From Piedraia hortae CBS 480.64 (Eukaryota): a DNA stretch of 64,000 bases. The DNA lies in NCBI GenBank assembly GCA_010093745.1, contig MU006019.1:1-64000 (forward strand), written 5' to 3'. The notes below the pieces were generated by a model. The model was given only the letters and a program-made list of their open reading frames with translations, had not been told where the DNA came from and made no database searches. Shown piece by piece: positions 1-11,349 of this stretch. Every line of letters begins with the position of its first letter. The stretch's first letter is position 1. The translations under genes were made by a program, and so were the position numbers.

Positions 1-1000
1 AGAGATTTGTATGCAGGTACACATCTGCTCACAATTATAATAACCCGTTCCGATGAACTCTATTCGATGGGAAAGAAATACCGCACCGTATGTCGCCAGC
101 TTTATTATTGTACAACATAAAGTAGCTTCAGGTGACGTTTCGAAATCCACACACACATCAAAGTGTGTTTATTTTTGGTTACAATCGTGGGATCTGACGC
201 CACATGGATAGCCCTGACGTTAACGATTTTTTTCAGCTACGCAGTTGAGATACATCCCAAGTAGCAAATCACATTACAAGTCATTCATGCGCAGATGAAT
301 CTGCTCATTTTTGGAATAAGATTTTAATAGATGAATCTTTGAGACTTTGCAAGGTGAACGTTGCTAAGGCCGCAGAGCTGGCAAGGACTCTTGAACTGAA
401 GATTTCGAAGTTGATCGCTACGCCCTCAAAAGGTGTCATACAGTTCAGACACTCAACCAATCGATCGCTAAGAACTCAATAATCGAAGCTAGGGCTGAGA
501 AAGTTGTTTTAACCCTTCCCTTCGGCAACGAAACTATGAGGTCAGTCTCCAACAAGCTCGTCGACAGACCTTAAACATTCATCACAGTTGCGATTGGATC
601 AAAGTAATCTGACACTCTCACTGAGGTAGGTCTGATGTGTGCCATTAAACTTCGCGATCTTGCTTGACAACTGGGAACATTTGGCGTACCGACATCACCT
701 TCTGCCTCATTGGTAAATTTCTCCTAATGACACTGAAGTACATTGCAGCTACAACAGCTTCGGGATCAAGAGCCAGGTCCGTTTTATTGATCAGAACAAT
801 TGGCCCGGTGGTTTCTCAGTCCGTACAGACGTAGCGGCTGCCAGGAATCCTTGTGAGAAGATGACAACCCATAGAAATGGCTGTTGCCAATTGCTAAGGA
901 CGACAGAGCCTACACCTCCCATCCTGCCCTACTTTTGAATGTATACCTGCCGTCCCGAAAGACGTGCATGGCACCAAAATAACCACTATCTCCGTCAAAC

Positions 1001-1536
1001 CTACTTAGCCGTTCGAACACCTGTACGGTGACAAATGACCGGTCCGGACGCCGACTCTCTGACGGCGAGATCCTTGGCATTCCCCTCCCCTTTGTTAGTC
1101 ACTTTCCCACAATAAGCGTAAACTGCGTGACACTTACGCAATCCTGGCTGTACGTATAGACGGATGCTTGAGCGAGCCGTCAGCAGGTCGGTTGCAAGAT
1201 CTGTGAATGCGGGAACCTTACTTTTTTCTTGATGCGGAACACACAACGGCGAACCCTCTCCCCCCATTTTTGGCCCAGCTGCGTCAAAGGCATGCCGACA
1301 AAGTCCACGTCCTGAACGCCCTCAAAATCGTGTGGCCCAGTGGTCGATGAAGAGGCAACTGGCAGCTGAACTGGCTCAGGGTGAGCGGGCGGTGGTGGAG
1401 CAGCTCGATCATGATGGATTAGAAGAGGAGCCTCTTCAGGCTCGGGGGGAACGGGGTGTGGTGTGAGGTATACCACCCACAGGGGCAGGCTTACAAGGGC
1501 GATAGGGATTAGAATCAAGGGCCAGAGGAAGTCCAT
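1001..1536 (-). CDS. Hypothetical orphan protein with an N-terminal hydrophobic segment; possibly spliced or degenerate
   Basis: ATG ORF 1536-1180 (MDFLWPLILIPIALVSLPLWVVYL followed by a Pro-rich stretch). A GTAAGG donor near 1221, a GCTGAC branch and a TACAG acceptor near 1148 could join it to the 1001..1267 frame. No family recognised. Confidence 0.3.
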
Positions 1537-2761
1537 GGTAGAAAATTGAAAATGGCTGGGGTGGCAAGGTGGAGGGACGATTTGTTACGTCTTTATTGGG
1601 TCTGACGCACTACAGGTCACAGGGACGCTATGTAGAGGAACCAGGCGGTGCTCTCTCACATGAGGAAGGAAGGAGGAGATTGAAAGGTTTTACATAGGGC
1701 TACTGTAAGAAAATATGTGCGTAGATACCAAAGGGAGACACCTCCCTTGTGGCGAGCGATCATTGTGAGCAGGGTTGGTTTTCTTGTCGATCTCAGTTGC
1801 ATCCATTCTACCCGTAGCCTAGGATGTTCATGATCCGTACACAATTGCATAGAGACCTGGATTCCTCTCGCTCGCCATCGATGAGCCACAAGCAGTTTGG
1901 GAAAATGGGGTAAGTTTGCACCGGTAATTACATAGACCCGGCAAAGAGGCGATCACTAATAGCATGACTGGCTCTATCCAGTTTCCGCATACCTATCACC
2001 AGACAATACCGAATTAATTCGGGTAAGAGGCCAACAATAAAGTGGTAAGTGGCCGGCCCTATGAACTCTACTTCATCGGTTGTCAAACACGGAGAAAAAA
2101 TCTTTTTTCTGAGATAGCTTATACCAAGACTGACTGCACTCCCAACGGGAGAAAAGACTCAACACAAACATATCACGAGCCATATGCTTGTGTTACGTAA
2201 GATACCGGTTCGATTCCACAAACCAATATGGGAAAAGCACTTAAACAAGGAAAGGAGAATCTATACCAATTTTTAAGTATCGCAACATCGTGACATTGTG
2301 GCTTCTGCGTTGGCACAACGCATTATTCTTAAGAATCTTCATCCAGATTTGTGGACAATCAATAAGAGACGCAACGAAGCTGCGTCCCCGGTAGGCATCA
2401 AATTTTCCAATTTACCAACAAAATCTCAGCGAGCCCTCTCTTGGGACCTAGCCCTTCTTCTCAGCTTCGTGTCCGCCGTCATGAATGAGAGCCTTTGAGC
2501 GCGTCCGTGCACAATAGACTGCCTCCGGAAAGTGTTCGATGGAAGAAGAGGAACACAGGCGGACTTCTATACACGCTCGCTTCACTGAGTTCACCAATTC
2601 CATCGATATTTCTACCTAAGCCGAGAGGTGAGAAAATAAATACCACAGACCAGCTATCTTACTCTGAGAGACTGTTAGCGACGATCTGAGCCTTTGATAA
2701 CTACCAAACTTAAAAGGGTGCCTTCGTACATCATGATTGTAAGCATGAGCCATTCATCCCA

Positions 2762-3304
2762 CTACCTATATCTCCATAAACCCAGCGATATCGGGATCCA
2801 ATTCCCTCTACACCTCAAACGTTCCCCACCATGTATAATAGCGAGCAAACATCCATCAGGATGGGCGGTGATCTTTTCCGCCTTGATCTCTTCTTCCACA
2901 GTCCTCTCCTCAGCGAACGCAGAGATCAACGTTGACGTGGCCTTGACAGGCACAAAAATCGTGCAGGGTGAGAAGCAGTCGCCTTGGGTTTTGAGGTTAG
3001 AGAACTGGGCTTTCGTGTGCGCATTTCTGGGCTTGGCGATGGGGTGGTTATAAATAGGTGTTTCTGGCGGGATGGTGATGCCCGCGGCGTGAGGCTCGTT
3101 GTATGCAACGTAGCCGTAGGATCGGTCGCAGATCTCGTTGAAGGGGATGAAGGTTGATTTGGTTTGCCAGAGGCTGGTGCGGTTGGTGGAGGAAAGAGGG
3201 CGGGTAGGCATGTTGGTTGAATATATTTTGATGATACGGGGTGAAGACAGAGATGATAGCGCGTGGTGTTGGAAAAGCAAGAAGAGGAAGTGAATAGTGT
3301 TCAA
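2762..3304 (-). CDS. Hypothetical protein (likely ATG at MPTRPLSS, near 3211)
   Basis: 180-codon ORF with gene-like compositional skew; no recognised domain. Confidence 0.3.
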   Translation of the reverse strand: MNTIHFLFLLFQHHALSSLSSPRIIKIYSTNMPTRPLSSTNRTSLWQTKSTFIPFNEICDRSYGYVAYNEPHAAGITIPPETPIYNHPIAKPRNAHTKAQFSNLKTQGDCFSPCTIFVPVKATSTLISAFAEERTVEEEIKAEKITAHPDGCLLAIIHGGERLRCRGNWIPISLGLWRYR

Positions 3305-3879
3305 AGCAAAAGTGTTTCCAGCCGGGTACAGCTAATTTGGACAGACGCCATGGAATGCCACTGACATTTATAACCACGGACCTCTTTTCACAGATACTGG
3401 GATGTTTTATAATCTGATATCGGCAAGATCTCTTAACAATGATACAAAGGACCGCTGATGAGCTGTCAATTGCCAAAGTTTGAATGCTTAAAGATTGGCT
3501 CCGATGTTGTTGGTTGACTGATTGCTTCGATCCCTTGATGGTGGGGTTTGCCCCCAGGTCGATGTAGACTACAGTTGAATCTACATTTCAACGCAGTTGC
3601 ACCAACAATTTAAGTCCGCTGTGGAAAAAAAAAAAAACTGCTCTGTTGTTTCAGAATCAATGATATCGGGATAGACGACAGCGTTATACAGGCAACCCGA
3701 TATGTCCTTGATGGGTGCCACATTCGCACGTAGAGACACCCGCTGTCAAGCGTATTCTAAGACTGTTTGCAACGGATAGTTGCATTATGGTTCAAGCAAA
3801 CCAAGCTTGTGCCTCCAGCAAACATATCAATTAACTGTTATTATGCTACCATTAAATGCCTCCAAGACGATCGTTGGAT

Positions 3880-4350
3880 CTACTCAGTTATTGCACGTGA
3901 AGGTTCGGATTTTGGCTCTTCTTTCAGTTTTCTCCGCTTGGACTTTTTTAACTGGCGCTTTGCACCAATAGGAAATCTTTTTGCAGCATGGCACAGTCTA
4001 CATTCAATTTTGTATACATTTGCCCAGGGCTTCTGACCATGGGACTGATTTTCCGTCGACATGGCGGCTGTGGCATCCTTGATTAAAACGGCGTTGCAGC
4101 GCTTGCAGATGGAACGCTTTACCTCTGGTTTCAAACGAATGGTGGCCTTTTCAGCAACCTGCTTCATGTGCTTGACAAGATGCAGCGAGAGGCCCCCAGA
4201 GTTGGGGTCCAATTTGGCATCCGGGAGGTTACAGTTGGGGGTATTGGATGTTCGTGCAGCAGGCTGTCCGTGTCCCTGCTCGGTCAGGTAGACGGCAGCT
4301 TTGTGTAAGTAGGCTATGCGAGCTGAAATGTGCTTGCTTTGGTTCTTCAT
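3880..4350 (-). CDS. RPR2: RNase P subunit Rpr2/Rpp21 family
   Basis: HISARIAYLHKAA helix, IRLKPEVKRSICKRC...ECRLC zinc ribbon and KRFPIG motif; ATG at 4350 (MKNQSKH). Confidence 0.88.
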   Translation of the reverse strand: MKNQSKHISARIAYLHKAAVYLTEQGHGQPAARTSNTPNCNLPDAKLDPNSGGLSLHLVKHMKQVAEKATIRLKPEVKRSICKRCNAVLIKDATAAMSTENQSHGQKPWANVYKIECRLCHAAKRFPIGAKRQLKKSKRRKLKEEPKSEPSRAITE

Positions 4351-4704
4351 GAAGGGTAGCTGCAAAGGATCAGGCTGTGTGGATAAGCAATGAGGGCTTG
4401 GCGTCGCACGACATGATAAGCCTCAGGCATAGGATGCAGTGCGGCCTCAGGCTCAACGCGGGGAATTTGATCGAGTATAACGAAGCTCAGACCAGGTGGC
4501 CAAAACCGGTTAGTGCCGTGGCGGAACTCGCGGTTTTTGTGCAAGCCTTGCGACAACATTCTGCCAACGCTTTTGCATTGACAATCGTCCACATCGCTGC
4601 TAGTTTTAAGCGACGCGTGTGCAGCCCAGCGTTCAGCGCGTTCGTGTGACCGACGCGACTTCTTTTCTCACCACCACTAACCCACTTTGCTATACGTATC
4701 CACC

Positions 4705-5010
4705 ATGTCCGGCGAAGAGGATCTCATTGACTACTCGGACGAAGAGATCCAGCCAACGGGCGGCTCGTCTAATGGCGCGGCTACTGATGGCAAAAAGAAA
4801 GGCGACCTGACGGTCAGCGGCGGACCCAATGCCGCGCAGGGCAAGGGAAGTTATGTCGGCATCCACAGCACCAGCTTCCGCGACTTGCTGCTGAAGCCAG
4901 AAATCATGAAGGCCATTACGGACTGCGGCTTCGAACATCCATCAGAGGGTTAGTCATTTCATTCCTCTGCGAGAGCGTCCGTCCAAGGGGAGCTGCGACA
5001 AGCCGGCCAG

Positions 5011-5048
<38 letters not shown>

Positions 5049-6413
5049 GAAGGAGGGTGGTGGAAAGCTGAGAGCGCAGAGCGCAGAGCACAGAGACGTG
5101 CAAAGGAGTCTTGTGTTTTGTAGCGGCCTTGGTGGTGGCCACATGGACGGACGCTCTCATCCCCGACGCTTCTCGATCGACATCTAACAACGAATTAGTG
5201 CAACAACTGTGCATTCCTCAGGCGATTGTCGGCGCCGACGTGCTCTGTCAGGCCAAGTCTGGGCTCGGAAAGACGGCCGTGTTCGTCATCTCAACGCTGC
5301 AGCAGATTGAGCCGGTGCCGGGCGAGGCTTCGGTGTTGGTTATGTGCCATACACGCGAATTGGCCTTTCAGATCAAGAACGAATACAACCGCTTTACCAA
5401 GTACATGCCGGACATCAAGACGGCCGTCTTCTATGGCGGCACTGACATCAAGGAGAACGAGAAGGCGCTGGCCAACAAGGAGGCGCATCCCAACATCATT
5501 GTAGCTACTCCCGGTCGCCTCAACGCCCTTGTGCGTGAGAAGAAACTGCGGTTGGGCTCAGTCAAGTTCTTTGTCCTTGACGAGTGTGACAAGATGTTGG
5601 ATCAGATTGGTATGTACGAGCCTCTGGCTGGGACGTGTAGACTGACTTTGATAGACATGCGCCGTGACGTGCAGGAGATCTTCCGTGCTACGCCGTCCAA
5701 TAAGCAGGTCATGATGTTCTCGGCCACCCTGTCTCAGGCCACGCGGCCCGTGTGCAAGAAGTTCATGCGCACGCCGCTCGAGATTTATGTGGATGACGAG
5801 ACCAAACTCACTCTGCACGGACTTCGTCAATATTACTGCAAGCTTTCAGAGGCAGAGAAGAATCGCAGGCTCAACGATCTCCTGGATGAGCTGACGTACA
5901 ACCAAGTCATCATCTTTGTCAAGTCGACCGTGCGTGCAAATGAGCTGTCGAAGCTCCTGGTCGAGTGCAACTTCCCGTCCACAGCTGTGCATTCTGGTCT
6001 CAGCCAAGAAGAACGGTATGTCTTGAGGCAAGCTGAAACTCCATGACTCTGACAAGCATTACAGCATCAAACGCTACCAGGACTTCAAGGCATTCAAGCA
6101 CAGGATCTGCGTTTCCACTGACGTCTTTGGACGCGGAATCGATATTGAACGCATCAACGTGGCAGTCAACTATGATATGCCTGATGCTCCATCTAACCTC
6201 GCGGCCGACAGCAAAGAAAGCCTGGCCTCTGCCGCCGACACGTACCTCCACCGCGTCGGCCGTGCTGGTCGCTTCGGCACCAAGGGAGTAGCGGTAAGCT
6301 TCATCAGCAGCGAGCGCGATGAGATGGTTCTCAAGGCCATCGAGTCACGGTTTGAGAAGAAAATTGAGGAATACCCAGCGGGTGGCGTTGGAATTGACAT
6401 GAAGGGGGAATAG
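4705..6413 (+). CDS. SUB2: DECD-box RNA helicase Sub2/UAP56 (TREX); exons 4705-4948, 5199-5609, 5655-6015, 6065-6413
   Basis: [15 protein letters not shown]-terminus, [24 protein letters not shown] and [10 protein letters not shown] motifs. Introns 4949-5198 (GTTAGT..CTAAC..TAG), 5610-5654 and 6016-6064 restore the frame. Confidence 0.97.
4971..5158 (+). other. Long stem-loop in SUB2 intron 1: perfect 15-bp inverted repeat enclosing a second stem, (CG)8 and a (GA)n tract
   Basis: GAGAGCGTCCGTCCA (4971-4985) is the exact reverse complement of TGGACGGACGCTCTC (5144-5158). Confidence 0.85.
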
Positions 6414-6627
6414 ACTAGTGTACTACCAATGATGTAGCCGGCTGAGTGCGGTTTTCGCTCTGCGCGAATGTTCCCGTGCAATATTCACTCGTCACGGTTT
6501 CCGTGCCTCACAATTGCAGAGCCTTGGCAAACGCAGATTGTTTAGTGACTTCCTAATTTGGCAACTTGACGTAGCAACCGGGTTCTCCAACAGACATTTC
6601 CTCTGTGCCCGAACCCAGCTGTACAGC

Positions 6628-7854
6628 ATGGACCGCTACCATTCGTCTATGCGCTACAATGCGCCGCAGATTCACGCCGTGCCAGAGAACGAACGAGCGC
6701 AGGATCCGTACAACGCGAGCAAGAAGCTCCCGTGGGGTTACGACACGCTGACGTCGACGACTGTGGCGGCAGAGACGCGGCGCGAGTTACCAGAGAAAGG
6801 CCCATTTGGGCGGGCATCTGCGCGACGACGGGGGACAAGTCGCAGCCGCAGTAAAGGCCCGGCGGAGCCGCAGAAGCGGGAGGAGGACGAGGCGCGCCTT
6901 GAACGTGCAAAGGCCGAAGAGCGCATCTTCGGCAGCTTAATGCGAAAGCTGCCGCGCGATGAGAGTGATGCGTCCCTTCCTGCGAGCCACGCGGCAGCAG
7001 GAGCTGTGGCCGAAGACAGCGAACCGACAGAGGTTGTCCTATCCGGCTACGGCTACGATCTGGAATGGGCTGCCATTGATTTCTACGAAAGACTCAGCGG
7101 CGGCGATATTCTAGAGGATTATGCTCGCAGTTCCGACGGACAACCCAGCAATTACCAGAGCATTGCCCGTTCTTACGGAAGGAAAAGCCTTAGTAAGGCA
7201 GCCATGAAGAAGAAGAATGCCTTTGCTGGCGGCCAGCACTGGATTAAAGTCACGTTTGGATCACGGGCCGCGGCGGAGCTGGTGTTGGCGCGGTCTCCAA
7301 GAGTAATCAGAGGATATCTTGTGTCGGCCGAGCTGTGGACCGGAAAGGCCCCAGCTGACGGGGCCGTTCCCGTTGGCGATGATGGAATTGCCAAGCCTGC
7401 ATCAGACAGAGATACGCGAGCAGCAGCAATGCCTGCCTCAAGGATGCCGACATCAGCTGTCCCACCCTGGGGGGCAACAACATCCCGCACCGTTCAAGAA
7501 CCGCCGCCATCTACCTCCATCTCGGTTACGAATACTGAACAGGACGCACAACTGCATCGACGACAGCGCTCTCGTCCGTCCTCTGCGCGGAATGTCAGCA
7601 TCGGAACGGGTTCCCTACGCATACCAGGTGCTAAGATCATGCCTCTGCTCCCGGCCGAGGACGCCCTAATGCCGCGTCAGCCGAGACAAGGCTGGTTCGC
7701 GTGGCTCTTCAGCGAGCCGATTATCGGCAATACCGTGCCATTGAGAGAGGATGGAACATTTGATTTTGAGCGTGCAAGCTACTACTGGCGATTCTGGTAC
7801 TGGGTTGATAGGTTGTTTGGCACAGAGGTGTGCGGGTGTCATTCTGGGCAGTAA
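6628..7854 (+). CDS. Nup53/Nup35-type RRM nucleoporin-like protein
   Basis: PTEVVLSGY...WAAIDFYE...GGQHWIKVTFGSRAAAE RRM-like core typical of filamentous-fungal Nup53-like proteins; Trp-rich amphipathic C-terminus; first ATG at 6628. Confidence 0.7.
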   Translation: MDRYHSSMRYNAPQIHAVPENERAQDPYNASKKLPWGYDTLTSTTVAAETRRELPEKGPFGRASARRRGTSRSRSKGPAEPQKREEDEARLERAKAEERIFGSLMRKLPRDESDASLPASHAAAGAVAEDSEPTEVVLSGYGYDLEWAAIDFYERLSGGDILEDYARSSDGQPSNYQSIARSYGRKSLSKAAMKKKNAFAGGQHWIKVTFGSRAAAELVLARSPRVIRGYLVSAELWTGKAPADGAVPVGDDGIAKPASDRDTRAAAMPASRMPTSAVPPWGATTSRTVQEPPPSTSISVTNTEQDAQLHRRQRSRPSSARNVSIGTGSLRIPGAKIMPLLPAEDALMPRQPRQGWFAWLFSEPIIGNTVPLREDGTFDFERASYYWRFWYWVDRLFGTEVCGCHSGQ

Positions 7855-7991
7855 TGTACGATAATATGCTGTCTATGTCATGAATTCTCTACGGTATTTT
7901 CAAACGGTGGACGACCAAGTGGGGACGGCAAGTTCCGGATGACGCAGGGTCCTGCCAACGTCAACTCTGTCAACGTCAATGGAATATAGCC

Positions 7992-9068
7992 ATGTCAGAC
8001 GCCAGTTCGTCCCGGCTTCAAAAGATTGTGTGCAGCGTCTACAACGATGTTGTGCAAAACACCGTCCATGACATTCTCCTCCAGGAGCACCGCGCTCACA
8101 AACTGTTGATAGACTCAATCGATCCCGCCACGCAGCTGCCTCTCTGTGACAAATGTAGCCTTCCCCGCGTCCTCGATCCACCGCTGGCGCCCAAAGTATG
8201 CGCGGCAGCGGTGGGCAGCGGGCTGTTAGCGTCTAAGGAAACCACAGTCTTCTGTGCCAAGCGACCCTGGTGTCGGACGCCGGGGCACGACATATTCGGC
8301 AATCCGTTCCCGCGCGCAGATGTTACGGGCCGGAATCCGACCAAGAAAGAGCGCGAACAACAGGCCAAAGCGGCGGCGAACATTAAGAAGGACGGCGCAT
8401 CGGACGACGGTCACAACAATAGTCACAGCCAGGGCAATACTGGTCCCCCGAGCCCCAACGCCCACGCCGCTTCATTCAATGAGGGCGGAACAGGCCCGCG
8501 TAAGGTGGAAAAGGGAGACAAGAAACCAAGTAAGATTGAAAAGCTGAGAAAGGGCGAATACGTCCCTTATTACACGTGTCCCAGCTGCAAACGCAGTCTG
8601 CTGATTGTACGTTTTGCCAAACACCTTGACCAGTGCATGGGAGTCTCTGGTGCGGGGAGGGCGGCCAGCCGGTTTGCGCTCGCTCGGATCAGCGCCAGTG
8701 GGTCAACACCGACGGGCAGCAGGGCAGGCACGCCGTCTCTTGAATCTCGAGATGGAGATCCAGACAATGGCCCCGATCAAGATGGCAGTGCTGCTGTCAG
8801 GAAAAGGGTTCTTAAGAAGGGTCTGACGAGCAAATACAAGAGGAGCACAAAGATTAAACTCACTCCAGCTCCACAGCCAAAAAGGGCCGTTGAAGGGTCA
8901 GTGGTTGGGTCCGAGGGCAAACGGGAAAGGGAAGTGGATGACGACGATGACGAAGCAGACACCAATGACGGGTCCCCCAAGAAAAGGCAGAGGCTGAACC
9001 TCGAAAGAGTCGGGAGCATGGCCTCGTTTGATACGGCAAGCGTGGTCGAGGACAACGACGATGACTGA
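7992..9068 (+). CDS. SGF11: SAGA deubiquitination-module subunit Sgf11
   Basis: N-terminal helix VQNTVHDILLQEHR and zinc finger CPSCKRSLLIVRFAKHLDQCMG. Confidence 0.82.
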   Translation: MSDASSSRLQKIVCSVYNDVVQNTVHDILLQEHRAHKLLIDSIDPATQLPLCDKCSLPRVLDPPLAPKVCAAAVGSGLLASKETTVFCAKRPWCRTPGHDIFGNPFPRADVTGRNPTKKEREQQAKAAANIKKDGASDDGHNNSHSQGNTGPPSPNAHAASFNEGGTGPRKVEKGDKKPSKIEKLRKGEYVPYYTCPSCKRSLLIVRFAKHLDQCMGVSGAGRAASRFALARISASGSTPTGSRAGTPSLESRDGDPDNGPDQDGSAAVRKRVLKKGLTSKYKRSTKIKLTPAPQPKRAVEGSVVGSEGKREREVDDDDDEADTNDGSPKKRQRLNLERVGSMASFDTASVVEDNDDD

Positions 9069-9114
9069 TGGTGGTCGTGCTAGGATAGTGCTTGTATTCT
9101 TGTAGGATGTCCAG

Positions 9115-9537
9115 TTAATGCGCACCAGATTTGGCCGACACAACGACCAACAGGAACTTCCCGTCTGGTACGATGACAAACTCGTTTTTCTTGGTCCTCA
9201 GTCGGACTAGCTTGGCCTCATCGTTGTCGCCGTTCAAATCTTGGACGAGCTTCCCCGCGCTCTGCATAAACGCGTGCACCAGCGTCGCCACCGCCGTCGC
9301 GCTCCTCGTGCCTTTCTCTACCGTCCCGTTGACGTTTTCGTGCACCTCGGCTCCCTGAACGGCTTCTTCTTCATCGTTGTCGTCGACAACAAGGCCCGTA
9401 CTGCGCACAATGGCCCCCGTCTCACGCGAGAGGATCAGCGTGCTCTGCACTCCCGGGCGGGACGAAAGACTAGAGAGCGTTGCATCGACTTCATTTGCAG
9501 CAGAAGCTGGCGCTGGCGCTGCGTTTGGCGATTCCAT
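9115..9537 (-). CDS. Roadblock/LC7 dynein light chain
   Basis: LSSRPGVQSTLILSRETGAIVR...LVRLRTKKNEFVIVPDGKFLLVVV. Confidence 0.88.
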   Translation of the reverse strand: MESPNAAPAPASAANEVDATLSSLSSRPGVQSTLILSRETGAIVRSTGLVVDDNDEEEAVQGAEVHENVNGTVEKGTRSATAVATLVHAFMQSAGKLVQDLNGDNDEAKLVRLRTKKNEFVIVPDGKFLLVVVSAKSGAH

Positions 9538-10141
9538 CGAACTGTCAAAGGGGAGGTGGTAACGTTAGGGTTGCGCCGCCCAAACCGAAAACATCCTACG
9601 ACGCTAGGCGACTCGGCGTCACCGAACCACTGTTCGGGTTCAAACGTGACCCTTCAGCAGGTCTAAATGCGGCCGCAGCGGAGTTGTGCGGCAACGTTCG
9701 TCCCTTGCAGCTGACATGTTACGCGTGGAAAGTGCTGAGACATTTTCTTTTTTGGACTAGTACGAGCCACTATTCAGCTGATCATCTGATTGGCGGTGGG
9801 TCGTACACTCGTTTGGAGGCGGTCATGCACGGGGTCGTGTGACTACTCGGGCTTTAATTGACCAACAGGGGTTTTTTGCGGGGAAATTACGCAGATGGCT
9901 GCACCAAACTCGGAGAATTAGAAGCCACCACAAGGGTATGGCAAAAACGGGGAACGCGAGGGGTCAGATTAGAATTCCGAATCGAGTCAGCGTGGCGGGA
10001 AATCCAAAAGGAGATGCATTCCACCCTTCCCCTTTCCTTTGTTTATTGCCAAAACCCGACCGTTCGTTCTTGTGGGCACACATCAATTCGCTCGCTTCAG
10101 TTTTTGTTTCTTGTCTCGCAGCAGAATTCTAATCTACAGCA

Positions 10142-10922
10142 ATGTTTTCGATACTTGTCGTATCTCTGGCCGCTCTGGCCGTGGCCCAGTCCACAGTTAT
10201 CTCGTTTGATTCTGTGCCTAACCCAATTGTCGATGGCAAGGCCCAAACCATCAAGTTTCACACATCAGATCAGTCTAATGTAGGTGATCCTAGGAAAATA
10301 TTCGATTTCAAAAAGCTAACCCTGCCTCCAGTCTGTTACCATTACCCTACGCAAGGGCGCATCCAATGATCTTCAGACAGTCGAGACGCTGACGACGAAT
10401 GCACAAAACGGCGAATTTGTTTGGACTCCCTCGGAGTGTCTGCCCAACGGCAACGACTATGCTCTTCAGATCACGCAGAATGGCCAAGTGAACTACTTTG
10501 GTCCGTTTAGTGTTATTGGAGCTGCATCTAGCTGTGCCAGCTCCAGCTCATCTGCTGCTACTGCTGCCACCACAAGCTCCGATGCCAGCCCAGCTGGTTA
10601 TGGCACGCCCTCTAGCAGCGAAGCAGCATCCGGTTCAGCCGTAGATGGTGGTGCCTCATCCAGCTCTGCCGCAAGCAATGACGTCCCCACAACCGTATCC
10701 GCCGTCCCCTCATCAGTAGCAACAACCAGCTCCATACTCGGAAACAGCTCCGTGCCAACCGGAACGGCTTCAGGTTCAAACAGCTCATCACCGTATACCA
10801 CAGGCGGGCTTAACGGAACCGCTTCATCATCTCCTGTACCGTTCACGGGTGCGGCTTCGGCGTTGACGAACTCGCTGCCGCTTTTGGCTTTCTTCGCTGC
10901 TGTGGCGGCGATGTATTTGTAA
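10142..10922 (+). CDS. Secreted Ser/Thr-rich GPI-anchored cell-wall protein (Kre9/Knh1-like N-terminal domain); exons 10142-10279, 10332-10922
   Basis: Signal peptide. Intron 10280-10331 (GTAGGT..GCTAAC..CAG) joins SVTITLRKG...FVWTP...YALQI...NYFGPF. S/T-rich linker and hydrophobic C-terminal GPI-type signal. Confidence 0.85.
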
Positions 10923-11349
10923 ATTTAACAGTATTTTTTTTTCTCTTTGAGAGGAGGGATCAAAAAAGGGGTTTGTTGGGATCTTTTATTCAGGACGGGG
11001 TTTAAGGTTATGATTTATTTATTTTTTTCCTCGGTGGAGGCATATCATGGTGCAAAAAGCCAGGATGATATCGATTAAGTAGAACTGTTGTCACATCGTA
11101 GATCCAACTCCTGCCTGATAACGCCTTTCTCAAAATCAAATATCTTACCCAACAATCTTGTTGAAAAGGCCCCATCATTGAGCTGAAATACCATCTTTCG
11201 ATCGGTGGTGCACCACCCAACTCGTGAAGCCTGAAGTGCACAATCCCACCAGCACTTTTCGGTTTAGCGCACGTCACCGGCGCGACCCGCTCCACCAACA
11301 AGGTCCCCACCAAAAATTTCCTGTTCCCCAAAAAAGTACCACACAAAAA

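Noticed and set aside
2207..2217. GGTTCGATTCC, a tRNA T-loop/B-box match
   Set aside because: No T-stem extension, acceptor stem or cloverleaf could be built.
4347..4592. ORF overlapping the RPR2 start
   Set aside because: GTG start, no recognisable domain, and it lies in the RPR2/SUB2 divergent promoter.
4949..5198. Intronic snoRNA in SUB2 intron 1
   Set aside because: No C/D box pair (RUGAUGA/CUGA) and no convincing hairpin-H-hairpin-ACA layout; kept as a cis-structure instead. An Rfam search would settle it.
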